From the NCBI GenBank assembly GCA_965215605.1, contig OZ244070.1, positions 1,760,001 through 1,824,000 on the forward strand: a DNA stretch of 64,000 nt, read 5' to 3'. The notes beneath the pieces were generated by a model. The model was not told where the DNA came from, searched no databases, and saw only the letters and a list, made by a program, of their open reading frames with translations. This DNA is from an uncultured Candidatus Binatia bacterium (GTDB lineage Bacteria > Desulfobacterota > Binatia > UBA9968 > JAJDTQ01). Below, in pieces: positions 31,161 through 41,320 of this stretch (position 1 is the stretch's first letter; each line of letters starts with the position of its first letter). The position numbers and the translations under genes were made by a program.

Positions 31161-32060
31161 TCAGCCGTCCTGCTTCCGGGCGGTCTCGACGCCGTCGAAG
31201 CCGGCGCGGTCCGCCAGGCTCGCCGGCGTCAACACCCCGGTGTGGCGCTGACCGTTGATGATCCACGTGGGATAGCTGCGGATGCCGGCCGCCAGACACT
31301 TGGTGGCGGTTGGGCCGCTGCGTCCGGCGGGACTGCATTCGATGTACGGGATGCGGTGGGCCGACGCACCGAAAAGCTCCTTCTGCTGCGTGCACGCAGG
31401 ACACCAGAACGCCCCGTACATCTTGACGCCGGCCTCGTCCATGTGGACGGCCAGCCCTTTGATCCAGGGATCCTCGTTGCCCGACGCCACCACCGTGGCG
31501 CCGGAATAGAAGATCACGTGGACCGCCAGCACACCGGCAGCGGCCGCCATGGCGCTTGCGCCGAGCCAGGGCTTCCACGCCAGGCGCCGGCTTACCTGCG
31601 GGACCTGGACCAGCGTGATCACGAAGATGGCCGCGAGCAGCCCCAGCGACGTCAGGCAGTAAGGGCAGGCGGCCTCCAGCCGGAACAGGGAGATGGCGGT
31701 GAGATACACGCTGTAGGCTACGCCGAACAGCGATACCGAGGCCAGCACCTTCCAGCGCCGGCTCCGGCGCTTGGTCAAGGCCGCGCCGACAAGCACGGCG
31801 TAGACGAGAAATCCCCATAGCGATGTCGGCAGGCCCAGGAGTGTGGACCAGCGGCTGTACAACACGATGTCGCAATCGGCCCCGGCCTCGCAAAAGGCGG
31901 CCTTCTCTCCCGACCAGGTGGTTCCGGTCAGATATCCCGCCAGCGCCAGCCCGATCAGCGCCAACGCCAGCACCGGCCAGTTCGGACTCGCGGGGGCGGC
32001 CGTCGCCGGTTGCTGCTGCCGGGGTCCGCGCCCGCCCTTTTTTCGCGATGCCTTAGCCAT
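31161..32060 (-). CDS. VKOR-thioredoxin fusion (disulfide bond formation)
   Basis: FCEAGADC..VL.S, ACPYC, C-terminal YGAFWCPAC..YPTW. Confidence 0.9.
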   Translation of the reverse strand: MAKASRKKGGRGPRQQQPATAAPASPNWPVLALALIGLALAGYLTGTTWSGEKAAFCEAGADCDIVLYSRWSTLLGLPTSLWGFLVYAVLVGAALTKRRSRRWKVLASVSLFGVAYSVYLTAISLFRLEAACPYCLTSLGLLAAIFVITLVQVPQVSRRLAWKPWLGASAMAAAAGVLAVHVIFYSGATVVASGNEDPWIKGLAVHMDEAGVKMYGAFWCPACTQQKELFGASAHRIPYIECSPAGRSGPTATKCLAAGIRSYPTWIINGQRHTGVLTPASLADRAGFDGVETARKQDG

Positions 32061-32149
32061 GATCGTTTCCCTCGGAATCTCCGCCCGCCAGTTGGAACTC
32101 ACCGTGAATCTAGCAGACCGGCCGGTTCCAGGACAACATCGACGGCGCC

Positions 32150-32797
32150 CTATGCTTTCCCCGCCAAGAGCCGCCGGGCGCTCTCCCGCAGCCTCTCCAG
32201 GGCCTGCGGGTCGGCGCTGTCGTAGTAGCCGCGGATCTCCCCGTCACGGTCCACCAGGACGAAGCGGGTGCTGTGGAACACCACGGGATCGAGGGTCGCG
32301 CCGTCCACCGGGGCGGCGCTCAGGCGAAAACCTTCCTGCACGATGCGCCGGATCTCCCGGACCTCGCCGGTCAGGAACAGCCAGCGTTCGGGATCGGCCC
32401 GGTACCGTTCCGCGTACCGGGACAGAAGGGCGGGGGAGTCCGTCTCCGGATCGACGGTAATGGACACGGAACGCAGGTCGCCGTAGGCCTTCAGGTCGGT
32501 TTGAAGCGCGCCCATGGCCCGGCTCTGGAGCGGGCAGGCGTCCTTGCACTGGGTGTAGATGAAATCCGCGATCCAGACCCGGCCCCGCAGGTCCCGGGCG
32601 GAGACCGGGCGGCCGCTTCGTTCGACCAGGGCGAAGTCCGGCGCCGGGCCGTACCGCGCCAGCCGCTCCAGCACGGGCTGGCGCGGGGACGCCGGGGGCG
32701 TGCGCATCTGGTGGATGACCAGGCCCACCAGGACCAGGAAAAGGACGGTGCCGACGGTCACCTGGAGCGCGAAATGGCGTTGCGTCACGGTCGGCAC
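32150..32797 (-). CDS. SCO family copper chaperone
   Basis: FIYTQCKDACP, VDPETD, HS..FVLVD. Confidence 0.9.
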   Translation of the reverse strand: MPTVTQRHFALQVTVGTVLFLVLVGLVIHQMRTPPASPRQPVLERLARYGPAPDFALVERSGRPVSARDLRGRVWIADFIYTQCKDACPLQSRAMGALQTDLKAYGDLRSVSITVDPETDSPALLSRYAERYRADPERWLFLTGEVREIRRIVQEGFRLSAAPVDGATLDPVVFHSTRFVLVDRDGEIRGYYDSADPQALERLRESARRLLAGKA

Positions 32798-32860
32798 CTC
32801 GTGGCGCCCGGCGGCGCGGCGACGCTTGAGGATGCCTCGTGGCGAACGGACCCGCCGGGA

Positions 32861-33565
32861 TCAGGCGGGAGGAATTTTCTGTAGCAGCCTGTCATTTTCG
32901 TAAAGCTCGTAACCCTTGATCAACAGCTCGTAACCGCGGCCCGGATGGTCGCTCAGGTCCAGCAGTTCCAGATCGAGGATCACGACGGTGGTCAGGCCCG
33001 CCTTGAGCTCGAAATCGAGCCGGATTGGGCCCACGGCGTTCTTGACCGGGGCGGGCTCCTCGTTCTTCCGGAGGACCCCGCGGATCCCGGTGACCTGCAG
33101 GTCCACGGCGGCGAAGCGCCGCGGCCGGAGCGAGCCCCGGTAAACCGTTGCCGCGGCCGTGCCGTCCTTGTACCGGGTCAGGTCCATGCGGCCGAGCCGC
33201 GGCGTCAGCTCCAGCCATCCCGGATCGGCGGATCGGAGGCGTGCGTCGGGCGACAGCCGGAGCTTCCCGAAGCTCAGCTCCACGCTGCTGAAGTCGTCGA
33301 TGGCGTCTCGGTGATCCTTGACCCGGACCTCCAGGGTGCCTTCGGCCTGGGCCCGGGCCGCGCCGCCGCCCTCGGGAAACCGGTCGCTCGGGTAGAACTG
33401 GTAGGTGACGTGGAACTCGCCGTTTTCACGCGGCACCAAGTCCCGGAAGCGGGCCGTGTCTTCCGCGGCCACGGAAAAACCGGGGCAAACCGCAAACGCC
33501 ATCGCGGCTACCGCCACCAAACCCACCCGGGCGAAGAAACGCTTCTTGTTGCTCAACCGGTTCAT
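32861..33565 (-). CDS. Exported protein, DUF4382-like
   Basis: Signal peptide from MNRLSNKK; LEVRVKD....DF..V.L pattern; beta-rich. Confidence 0.55.
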   Translation of the reverse strand: MNRLSNKKRFFARVGLVAVAAMAFAVCPGFSVAAEDTARFRDLVPRENGEFHVTYQFYPSDRFPEGGGAARAQAEGTLEVRVKDHRDAIDDFSSVELSFGKLRLSPDARLRSADPGWLELTPRLGRMDLTRYKDGTAAATVYRGSLRPRRFAAVDLQVTGIRGVLRKNEEPAPVKNAVGPIRLDFELKAGLTTVVILDLELLDLSDHPGRGYELLIKGYELYENDRLLQKIPPA

Positions 33566-33637
33566 CGTCAGCCCGCCTGCGGCAGCCCTCCCATTAAAGC
33601 ACGATGATCCCGCAAGTGCAGGCACTCGCCCCTTTCG

Positions 33638-33663
33638 GTCATTCCCGCTTCCGCGGGAATGAC
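33638..33663. repeat. dRS3-like REP palindrome
   Basis: gtc-ATTCCC-gcttccgc-GGGAAT-gac (exact N8 spacing). Confidence 0.75.
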
Positions 33664-33669
33664 CGAAAA

Positions 33670-34479
33670 CTACCGGCTTCCCCGGAGCCACCGGCGGCCG
33701 CCCACCAGGAAGAAGACCAGCGCGAAGGTGAGGACGATCATGGCGCCCGAGGAGATGTCGATGAAGTAGCTGAGGTACATGCCCGATGCCGCGCACGCCG
33801 CGCCGATGATCGGGGTGATGATCAGCAGGGTCTGAAACCGCTGGGTCAGGTAGCGGCCGATGACGGGCGGGATGACCACGGCCGCGGACACCAGGGTGAC
33901 ACCGAGGATGCGCGTGGACGCCACGATGGTGACGGCGAGGAGCAGGATGAAGATGAGCTCGGTGCGGCCCGTGGAGATGCCGTAGACCGGCGCCACTTCC
34001 GGGTCGAACGTGGAGAACAGGAGCTGGCGGCGGATGACGACCATGGCGAACGCGACGGCGGCGGCCGTGGCCGCGATGACCCAGAGGTCCAGGGACGTGA
34101 TGCCGAGCAGGTTGCCGAAAAGGGCGGCCTCCAAGTCGAGGGTGAATTTCCGGTAGGTGGAGACCACCGCCACCCCCAGGGCGAAGCTCGACGTGGTCAC
34201 CACTCCGATGGCGGCGTCGGCGCCCACCAGGCGGCGGTGGCTGATGAGGTGGATCAGCACCGCGCTCACCAGCGCCCAGACGCCGGCGCCGATGAAGAAG
34301 TTGACGCCGACGATGGTGCTCAGGACCGCGCCGCCGAAGAGCGCATGGGCCAGCCCGTGGCCGATGTAGCTCATGCGCCGGAGCACCACGTAGACCCCGA
34401 CGTAGCCGCACACCGCCCCCACGATGATGGCGGCGATCATGCCGTTGCGGAAGAACTCGTAAGCGAACGGCTCCAGCAT
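33670..34479 (-). CDS. Zn/Mn ABC transporter permease (set 1)
   Basis: Start MLEPFAYEFF; GVYVVLRRMSYIGHGLAH, LFGNLLG. Confidence 0.9.
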   Translation of the reverse strand: MLEPFAYEFFRNGMIAAIIVGAVCGYVGVYVVLRRMSYIGHGLAHALFGGAVLSTIVGVNFFIGAGVWALVSAVLIHLISHRRLVGADAAIGVVTTSSFALGVAVVSTYRKFTLDLEAALFGNLLGITSLDLWVIAATAAAVAFAMVVIRRQLLFSTFDPEVAPVYGISTGRTELIFILLLAVTIVASTRILGVTLVSAAVVIPPVIGRYLTQRFQTLLIITPIIGAACAASGMYLSYFIDISSGAMIVLTFALVFFLVGGRRWLRGSR

Positions 34480-35345
34480 CAGCGCCCGTTGGGAGAGTGG
34501 GGCCGTTCTCCCACCATGATCATGTCGCCGTGCTGGAACACCACCATCTCGCCCTTGTAGGTCTCCCCCAGCACCTGCGTGGTGAACACCTCCTGGGGGT
34601 CGCCTTCGGCGATGACGCGCTGGTTCAGGCACACCACCCAGGGGAGGTGCGCGGCCACCCAGTTGAGGTCGTGGCTGGTGATGAGGATGGCAACGCCCGA
34701 GTGGTTGATCTCGTGAAGGAAGTGCACCACCTCGTCCCGGGAGCGGATGTCGAGGCCCGAGGTGGGCTCGTCGAGCAGGATCAGCTCCGGCTCCCCCAGC
34801 AAGGCCCGTGCGATGAACGCGGCCTGCTGTTGCCCGCCGGAAAGCTCCCGGATCTGGCGCTGCCCCAGCTCCAGCAGGTTGAGCCGTTGCATGATCTCGT
34901 GCGCGCGGTCCCGCTCTTCCGCGCCGGTGCGGCGATACCAGCGGCGGTCCCGCGACAGGCCCAGCAGCACCACCTCCTCCACCGTGATGGGGAAGCTCAG
35001 GTCGATCTGTTCCAGTTGCGGCACGTAGCCCATGGACGCCGGGGACGAGCCGCCGGCCGCGTTGATCTTCACCCGGCCCTCCCTGGGCCGGATGTGTCCC
35101 AGGATGGTACGCAGCAGCGTGGTCTTGCCGCCGCCGTTGGGCCCCACCACCGCCAGGAACTGGGCCGGCCAGAGCTTCAGGTCGATGTGCTCGATGCCCA
35201 GGGTCTGCCGGTAGCCGCTGGAGACGTCGTTGAGTTCCACGATGGGCTGCCCGTGCTCGCTCCATTCACGGAGTCCGGCATGCGGGTGGCCGTGCAGCCT
35301 GCCGTGTACGTGATGGACCCTGTCGGTGTGCTTTCCGGTGGTCAC
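34479..35345 (-). CDS. Zn/Mn ABC transporter ATP-binding subunit (set 1)
   Basis: GPNGGGKTT, YVPQ, LSGGQQQ, His-rich N-terminus. Confidence 0.9.
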   Translation of the reverse strand: MTTGKHTDRVHHVHGRLHGHPHAGLREWSEHGQPIVELNDVSSGYRQTLGIEHIDLKLWPAQFLAVVGPNGGGKTTLLRTILGHIRPREGRVKINAAGGSSPASMGYVPQLEQIDLSFPITVEEVVLLGLSRDRRWYRRTGAEERDRAHEIMQRLNLLELGQRQIRELSGGQQQAAFIARALLGEPELILLDEPTSGLDIRSRDEVVHFLHEINHSGVAILITSHDLNWVAAHLPWVVCLNQRVIAEGDPQEVFTTQVLGETYKGEMVVFQHGDMIMVGERPHSPNGR

Positions 35346-35364
35346 TGTGCGGGGCTACAGGACA

Positions 35365-36396
35365 CTAGATCCTGTACAGGCGCTTGGGATTCTCCGACAG
35401 GATCTTTCGCTTGGATTCGGCGGAGACGTCCTCCCGCGCGAAGAATTCCGGCAGGTCGCCGAAGAACTCCGCCCGCGCCCGCTCGTGCGGGTAGTCCGAC
35501 GGCCACACCAGCTTTTCGTCGCCCAGGAGCTGGATGAAGAAGGGCAGGGTCCGTTCCTCGATCTCGAAAGAGAAGTAGACGTTGGGGTCCATGAGGTACT
35601 CGCTGGGCTTGCGCTTGAGGTCGCTGGCGCCCTTGCGCTCGAATTGTTCGTCGAGCACGTCCATCAGGTAGGGCACCCAGCCGCAACCGGCCTCCAGGTA
35701 CGCCACCCGGAGGTTCGGGTAGCGGTCGAACACGCCCTGGGAGATCATGCTGGTGGCATGGCTCATGAGCGGGATCACGTGCTTGAGGGCGCGGACCTCC
35801 CGGTAGGTGCGTAGCGGGTCGGCGAAGTTGTGGGCGCCGACGAAGCCGCCGTGGACCGCGATCATGGTGTCGAGCTCGGCGGCGGCGGCGTAGATGGGGT
35901 CGAACTCCGGGTTGCCGTAGGCCATCAGCGGCGAGGAGATGGACGGCAGGATCGCCCCCACGAAGCCGAGCTCGCCGACGCAGCGCCGGAGCTCGCTCAC
36001 GCAGGCGCCGACGTCGTGCACCGGCAGCAGCGCCACCCCCAGCAGCCGGTCGCTCTGGCGCAGGAACTTGTCGTGGAGCCAGTCGTTGTACGCCCGCGCC
36101 AGGTCCACGGACCACTCCACCCGCCGCACCATGCCCACGGCCGCGGCGTTGCTCGGGTAAAGCACGGTGGCGCTGATGCCGGCCTCGTCCAGGAAGCTCA
36201 GCCACATGGCCGCGTCCGGGACGTCCTGCTTGTGCGGGTCGACGACGCCGAACGCCCAGGAATCCTGGGGAAACAGCGAGTAGTCGCGGTTGCCCGGGAT
36301 GCGCCGGAACCGCTCCGGGAGGTACTGGGCCATCTCCTTGTCCGGCTCCACCACGTGCCCGTCGCCGTCGATAATGGGGTAATCCACTTTGATCAT
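35365..36396 (-). CDS. Amidohydrolase family 2 protein
   Basis: IDGDGHVVE, RAYNDW, EAGCGW, SDYPH. Confidence 0.88.
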   Translation of the reverse strand: MIKVDYPIIDGDGHVVEPDKEMAQYLPERFRRIPGNRDYSLFPQDSWAFGVVDPHKQDVPDAAMWLSFLDEAGISATVLYPSNAAAVGMVRRVEWSVDLARAYNDWLHDKFLRQSDRLLGVALLPVHDVGACVSELRRCVGELGFVGAILPSISSPLMAYGNPEFDPIYAAAAELDTMIAVHGGFVGAHNFADPLRTYREVRALKHVIPLMSHATSMISQGVFDRYPNLRVAYLEAGCGWVPYLMDVLDEQFERKGASDLKRKPSEYLMDPNVYFSFEIEERTLPFFIQLLGDEKLVWPSDYPHERARAEFFGDLPEFFAREDVSAESKRKILSENPKRLYRI

Positions 36397-36461
36397 CGGA
36401 TACCGTCCTTTCGGCGCATTGTACCATTTTTGTGCCGGTCCGTTAGCCCGGTTCGACGCTC

Positions 36462-37499
36462 CTACCGGTAGTGCGCGTGGTGGCCGGCCACCGGCGCCGG
36501 GTCCACGGCCTTCAGGGCATCGGCGGAGCCGCCCAGGGCGGTGACGATGGTGCGGATGTTGGCGAGCATCATGCCGGTGTAGGAATGGACCGGGTCGCCG
36601 GCCTCCCCGGGGAGGTCATCGTCCCGCAGGTTGTCGACGAACGCGGTTTTCGCTTCCCGGGCGATCTGCCGGAGCACCGGGCTGGGGAACACCGCCGACC
36701 CGAACACCGCGGGCAACTGCTCCCGCTTCAACTGGTCGATGAGCCGGGCGACCTCCCGGGGACTGGGTTCCGCGAAGCTGGAGGGCTGTACCGCGCCGAT
36801 GACGCGGAAACCGTAGCGCTTGGCGAAGTAGGGCCACGAGTCGTGGTAGGTGAGGAGCCGGCGATTCCGCGGCGGTATGGTGGCCACGGCCGCGCCGGTG
36901 GCCTTGTCCAGCGCCTCGAGCTGCTTCAGGTAGCGTTCCGTGTTGGCCGCGTACACGGCCCTGCCCCCGGGGTCCAGGTCTGTCAGGGCGTCCCGCACCA
37001 GGCGCGCGTAGTTCATGACGTGGATCGGGTCGGGCCACAGGTGCGGGTTGGGATGCCCGTGGTCCTCGGGGAAGCTGAAGTCGAAAAGGTAGTCCTGTTC
37101 GGCGACGGTGTGGTCGGCCAGCAGCAGCACCGGCGTATCCGCCCGCTTGTTGGCGCGGGCCAGCTTGAGCGTGGGGATCTCCAGGTTGAGGCCGTTGAGG
37201 ATGATGAGATCCGCCCGCGCCATGGTCCGGGCCACGGAGGGGGCCGGCCGGAAAGTGTGGGAGTTCACGCCTTCCGGGACGATGCCGGCAACCCGCGCGC
37301 GATCCCCTGCCACGTTCTCCACGATGCTGGTGATGGGCGCCACCGTGGTGACCACCCGCACGGCCGCGGCGGAAAGCTGGGCCGGTACCGCCAGCATCAA
37401 CCCGAGCAGCAGCGCCAGCGCCGCACACGTCCGCGCGCCGCGGAGGCCCTGGCGCTCCGTGATTCCCGCCCGCCGGGTCATTCCCGCCCCCTCCGTCAT
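36462..37499 (-). CDS. Zn/Mn ABC transporter substrate-binding protein (set 1)
   Basis: SHTF.P, NGLNLE, NPHLW, YHDSW.YFA..YG; start uncertain because of REP invasion. Confidence 0.9.
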   Translation of the reverse strand: MTEGAGMTRRAGITERQGLRGARTCAALALLLGLMLAVPAQLSAAAVRVVTTVAPITSIVENVAGDRARVAGIVPEGVNSHTFRPAPSVARTMARADLIILNGLNLEIPTLKLARANKRADTPVLLLADHTVAEQDYLFDFSFPEDHGHPNPHLWPDPIHVMNYARLVRDALTDLDPGGRAVYAANTERYLKQLEALDKATGAAVATIPPRNRRLLTYHDSWPYFAKRYGFRVIGAVQPSSFAEPSPREVARLIDQLKREQLPAVFGSAVFPSPVLRQIAREAKTAFVDNLRDDDLPGEAGDPVHSYTGMMLANIRTIVTALGGSADALKAVDPAPVAGHHAHYR

Positions 37500-37517
37500 T
37501 CCCGCGAAATCATATCC

Positions 37518-40500
37518 CTACCCCTCCGCCATCCGTGCCGGCTCGTTGGCGCTGACGAGTTGGGTCATGACCAGGTTGGCGTAGAGGCCGTTGGACTGGA
37601 GCAGGTCGTCGTGGGTGCCCTGCTCGGCGATGGTTCCCGAGTCCAGCACCACGATGCGGTCGGCGTCGCGGATGGTGGACAGGCGGTGGGCGATGACCAG
37701 CGTGGTGCGGCCCTGCACCAGCCGGTCCACCGCCTGGTGGATCAGCTCCTCGTTGATGGCGTCGAGATGTGAGGTGGCTTCGTCGAGGATCAGCACGGGG
37801 GCGTCCTTGAGCAGCGCCCGGGCGATGGCGATGCGCTGCCGCTGGCCCCCGGAGAGCTGCACCCCGCGCTCGCCCACCACGGTGTCGTAGCCGGCCGGCA
37901 GGCGGCTGATGAAGCGGTGGATGTGGGCCAGCCCGGCGGCTTCCTCCACCTCCTCCTGGGTCGCGTCGGGCCGGCCCAGGCGGATGTTGTCCCGCATAGT
38001 GGTGTTGAACAGGTAGGTGTCCTGGGACACCAGCGAGACCTGCTCGCGCAGGTGGTCCAGGGTGAAATCCCGGAGGTCCCGGTCCCCCAGCCGCACGGCG
38101 CCGCCGGCCGGGTCCCAGAAACGCAGCAGCATGTGCGCGCAGGTGGTCTTGCCGGCACCCGAGGGGCCCACCAGCGCCACGGTCTGGCCCGGCTCCACGT
38201 CGAGGCACACGTCCCGGAGCGCGAGGCCGTTGCCGGCGTCGTAGCCGAAGTTCACGTGGTCGAAGCGGATGGCCGGCGGGTCGTTGCCGTTGGCCGCGAG
38301 GGCGGGTACGCCGGCGCCGTCCCGCACCGGCACGGGCTCGTCCTTCACCTGGAATACGCGGCGGCCCGACTCCAGCGTCTCCATCAGCTCCTTGACCGTG
38401 CGGGCGACGTCGGTCACCGGCCCGAAGGCCAGCAGCGCCAGCACGATGGCCAGCGGCAGCAGCGCCCGTTCCATCTCGAGCTGGCCCACCAGCCACACGC
38501 CGGTGGTCAGCACCGCCAGGGCGCCGAGGCCGGTCATCGCCTCGTTGAAGCTGGCCTGAAGCGCCTGGTCCTTGTGGAACGCGAGCTGGGTCCTGGCCAG
38601 CCGCAGGCTGTTGGCCAGGACGTCGGCGACCTGGTGCTTCTCGTGGCCGAAGGAGACCACCTCGCGCATCCCCTGGATGCTGTCCACCAAGTGGGCGTTC
38701 ATGTGCCCCAGCTCCCGGCGCACCGCGCCTCCCAGCCGGTCCGACCGCTTCTGTGCCAGGAACGGCGACGCCGCCAGCAGCATCAGAAAGGGAGCCAGCG
38801 CCAGCATCAGGGGCCAGGCCACCGCCCCCAGCACCACCAGAATGCCGGCCGGAATCACCACCGCGATGAAGGCCGGGGTAATGGTGTGGGCGAAGAAGAG
38901 CTCCACCGTCTCCACGTCGGCGCCGGCGATGCTCACCAGGTCGCCGGAACGGCGCCGGGTCAGATAGGCCGGCGCCAGCGGGTCCAGGGTGTTGTAGAAG
39001 TCGATGCGCATCTCCGCCAGGAGCTGGTAGGCGAGGTCGTGGGGCAGCCAGCAATCGGCCCAGGCAAGCATGGACGCGAGCCCCACCATGGACCCCAGCA
39101 GGATCAACTGGAACGCGATGTCCTCGCCCCGGATGAGCTGCCCCACCAGCAGCGCGCTGGCCGCGCCGACCCCCACCACCGACGCCTGGAAGAGCACCCC
39201 GGCGGAGAACGACACCGCGAGCTTCCGGCGGAACGGGCGCACCAGCCCCGCCAGCCGCCGCAGCACCGTGAAGGCCGACAGCGGCGCCGCCGCGTCCGCT
39301 GTTGGCGCGACGGACGCCTCGACGGCTTCCTCGGGCTCGGCCGCCGCAGCCGTGGCCGGGGCCTCGCGCTCCGCCAGCGCCTCGGCGTCGCCGGCCTGGG
39401 CTTGGGCGGCCATGAGCCGGGCGTAGGTGCCGCCGCCCTCCAGCAGCTCCCGGTGGCCGCCGGTTTCCACCACCCGGCCCCGTTCCAGCACCAGGATGCG
39501 GTCCGCGTGGATGACGCTCGACAACCGGTGGGCGATGATCAGGGTGGTGCGTCCCTCCATGAGCTTGCGCAGCGCCTCGTTGATCACCGCCTCGCTCTGG
39601 GCGTCCACGCTCGACAGCGCCTCGTCCAGCACCAGGATTGGCGCGTCCTTGAGGATCGCCCGGGCGATGGCGATGCGCTGGCGCTCGCCGCCGGAGAGCC
39701 GCACGCCGCGCTCACCCACGACGGTGTCGTAGCCGTCGGAGAGCCCGGCGATGAACTCGTGGATGTTGGCCGCCCGGGCCGCCGCCTCGATCTCCTCCGG
39801 GGTGGCCTCGGGCCTGGCCATGCGCAGGTTGTCGGCGATGGTGCCGTAGAAGAGGTACATGTCCTGGGCCACCACCGCGATGTGGCGGCGCAGGACGGCC
39901 AGGGGGATGGCGCGGATATCCTGGCCGCCCAGGAGGACACGCCCCTCCTGGGGGTCGGCGAAGCGCAGCATCAGCGATACCAGGGTGGACTTGCCGGCGC
40001 CGCTGGGGCCCACGACGCCGAGCTTTTCGCCCGCCCGAAGCTCCAGGGACACGTCCCGGAGCGCGGGGCGGCTGCCCTCCTGATAGGCGAAGTGCACGTC
40101 CTCGAAGCGGACGGCGGGCTCGAAGGAGGTTCCGGCCGCGGCCTCGGCCGCCGCCGGCTCGCGCACCGTCACCGGGGTCTCCAACAGATCGAAGATGCCC
40201 TCGGCCGCGGCCATGGCGTTGATGCCCTGGTGGTACAGGACCATCAGCTCCCGGATGGGGCGGAAGATCTCCGCGCCCATGATCAGGATCACGATCAGCG
40301 AGCGCACCTCCAGCTCGCCGGCGCTGACCTTGAAGGCGCCCCAGCCCAGGGCGCAGGCGGTGCCCCCCAGGATGCCGAAGGTGGCGACGCCCACCGAGAC
40401 CATGTTGACCGCCAGGACGCCCATGGTCGCGCGGTAGAGGTCGCGCGCCCGGGTCGCGAGGTGCTCCCCCTGGGCGCGGCTGCGGCCGAAGATCTTGAGG

Positions 40501-41120
40501 GTGGCGATGCCCTGGATGCTGTCCAGGAAGTCGGCGCCGAAGGCGCCGTAGGAGGCGCGCCGCCGCCGGCTGCTCTCCTCGGTGAACACCAGGAACAGCG
40601 GGGTCTCCAGCAGCGTCAGCAGGGCGAAGGCCACGAAGATAAGCCCGATGACGAGGTCGAAGGACGCCATCAGAAAGAAGATCAGCACCGGCGCCAGCCC
40701 CGCCACCACCATCTGCGGCAGGAACTGGCCGTAGAAGACCTGGAGCTGCTCCACCCCCTCGCCCAGCGACACCAGCACGTCGCCCGTCCGTTCCCGGTTG
40801 AAATGTCCGGGGCCCAGGTCCAGGGCGTGCCGGTAGAGCTTGTCGTGCAGCCCTTCCTTCACCCGGGCGGCGGTCTCATGGCTCACCATGTCCCGCAGAT
40901 ACTGGAACACCGCGCGCAGGGCGATGAAACCCGCGACGGCCGCCAGGTAGGGAATCAGCGACGAAAACGCGGCGCCGGTGAGGACCCCGGCGATGATGAG
41001 TCCGGAAAACGCCAGCCGCGAGATGCCGGCGGCCACGGCGCATAGTCCGAGCAGGGCGGCTGCGGCGATGCGACCGCGCACGCCGCGGGTATGGGTCAGC
41101 AGTCTTCGATCCAGGTACAT
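37518..41120 (-). CDS. Fused four-domain ABC transporter (TMD-NBD-TMD-NBD; CydDC/IrtAB-like fold)
   Basis: Two TMDs and two NBDs with GPSGAGKS/T, LSGGE/QRQR, DEA; start MYLDRR. Confidence 0.88.
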   Translation of the reverse strand: MYLDRRLLTHTRGVRGRIAAAALLGLCAVAAGISRLAFSGLIIAGVLTGAAFSSLIPYLAAVAGFIALRAVFQYLRDMVSHETAARVKEGLHDKLYRHALDLGPGHFNRERTGDVLVSLGEGVEQLQVFYGQFLPQMVVAGLAPVLIFFLMASFDLVIGLIFVAFALLTLLETPLFLVFTEESSRRRRASYGAFGADFLDSIQGIATLKIFGRSRAQGEHLATRARDLYRATMGVLAVNMVSVGVATFGILGGTACALGWGAFKVSAGELEVRSLIVILIMGAEIFRPIRELMVLYHQGINAMAAAEGIFDLLETPVTVREPAAAEAAAGTSFEPAVRFEDVHFAYQEGSRPALRDVSLELRAGEKLGVVGPSGAGKSTLVSLMLRFADPQEGRVLLGGQDIRAIPLAVLRRHIAVVAQDMYLFYGTIADNLRMARPEATPEEIEAAARAANIHEFIAGLSDGYDTVVGERGVRLSGGERQRIAIARAILKDAPILVLDEALSSVDAQSEAVINEALRKLMEGRTTLIIAHRLSSVIHADRILVLERGRVVETGGHRELLEGGGTYARLMAAQAQAGDAEALAEREAPATAAAAEPEEAVEASVAPTADAAAPLSAFTVLRRLAGLVRPFRRKLAVSFSAGVLFQASVVGVGAASALLVGQLIRGEDIAFQLILLGSMVGLASMLAWADCWLPHDLAYQLLAEMRIDFYNTLDPLAPAYLTRRRSGDLVSIAGADVETVELFFAHTITPAFIAVVIPAGILVVLGAVAWPLMLALAPFLMLLAASPFLAQKRSDRLGGAVRRELGHMNAHLVDSIQGMREVVSFGHEKHQVADVLANSLRLARTQLAFHKDQALQASFNEAMTGLGALAVLTTGVWLVGQLEMERALLPLAIVLALLAFGPVTDVARTVKELMETLESGRRVFQVKDEPVPVRDGAGVPALAANGNDPPAIRFDHVNFGYDAGNGLALRDVCLDVEPGQTVALVGPSGAGKTTCAHMLLRFWDPAGGAVRLGDRDLRDFTLDHLREQVSLVSQDTYLFNTTMRDNIRLGRPDATQEEVEEAAGLAHIHRFISRLPAGYDTVVGERGVQLSGGQRQRIAIARALLKDAPVLILDEATSHLDAINEELIHQAVDRLVQGRTTLVIAHRLSTIRDADRIVVLDSGTIAEQGTHDDLLQSNGLYANLVMTQLVSANEPARMAEG

Positions 41121-41235
41121 GGTGTCACCGATCCCGGTTTCAGAAATTAGAAGGTCGTGGCCGCGAATACAAGGCCGGTCGTCCGGAACAGTGTCCATGG
41201 CCGGCCGAAAGCTCGTTTGTAGGCAAAAGAAAAAA

Positions 41236-41254
41236 TTTGGTCACGCTAACTTTA
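41236..41254. promoter_or_regulatory. Putative DtxR/IdeR-family operator
   Basis: tttggtcacgctaacttta matches 15/19 of TWAGGTTAGSCTAACCTWA; lies in a divergent promoter; DtxR-family gene 1.4 kb away. Confidence 0.55.
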
Positions 41255-41320
41255 GGTATTGCACACCAGTTAGGTTTGAAGTATGGATGCCGGAAGTATC
41301 TCTTGAAGGGAGACCATGCA

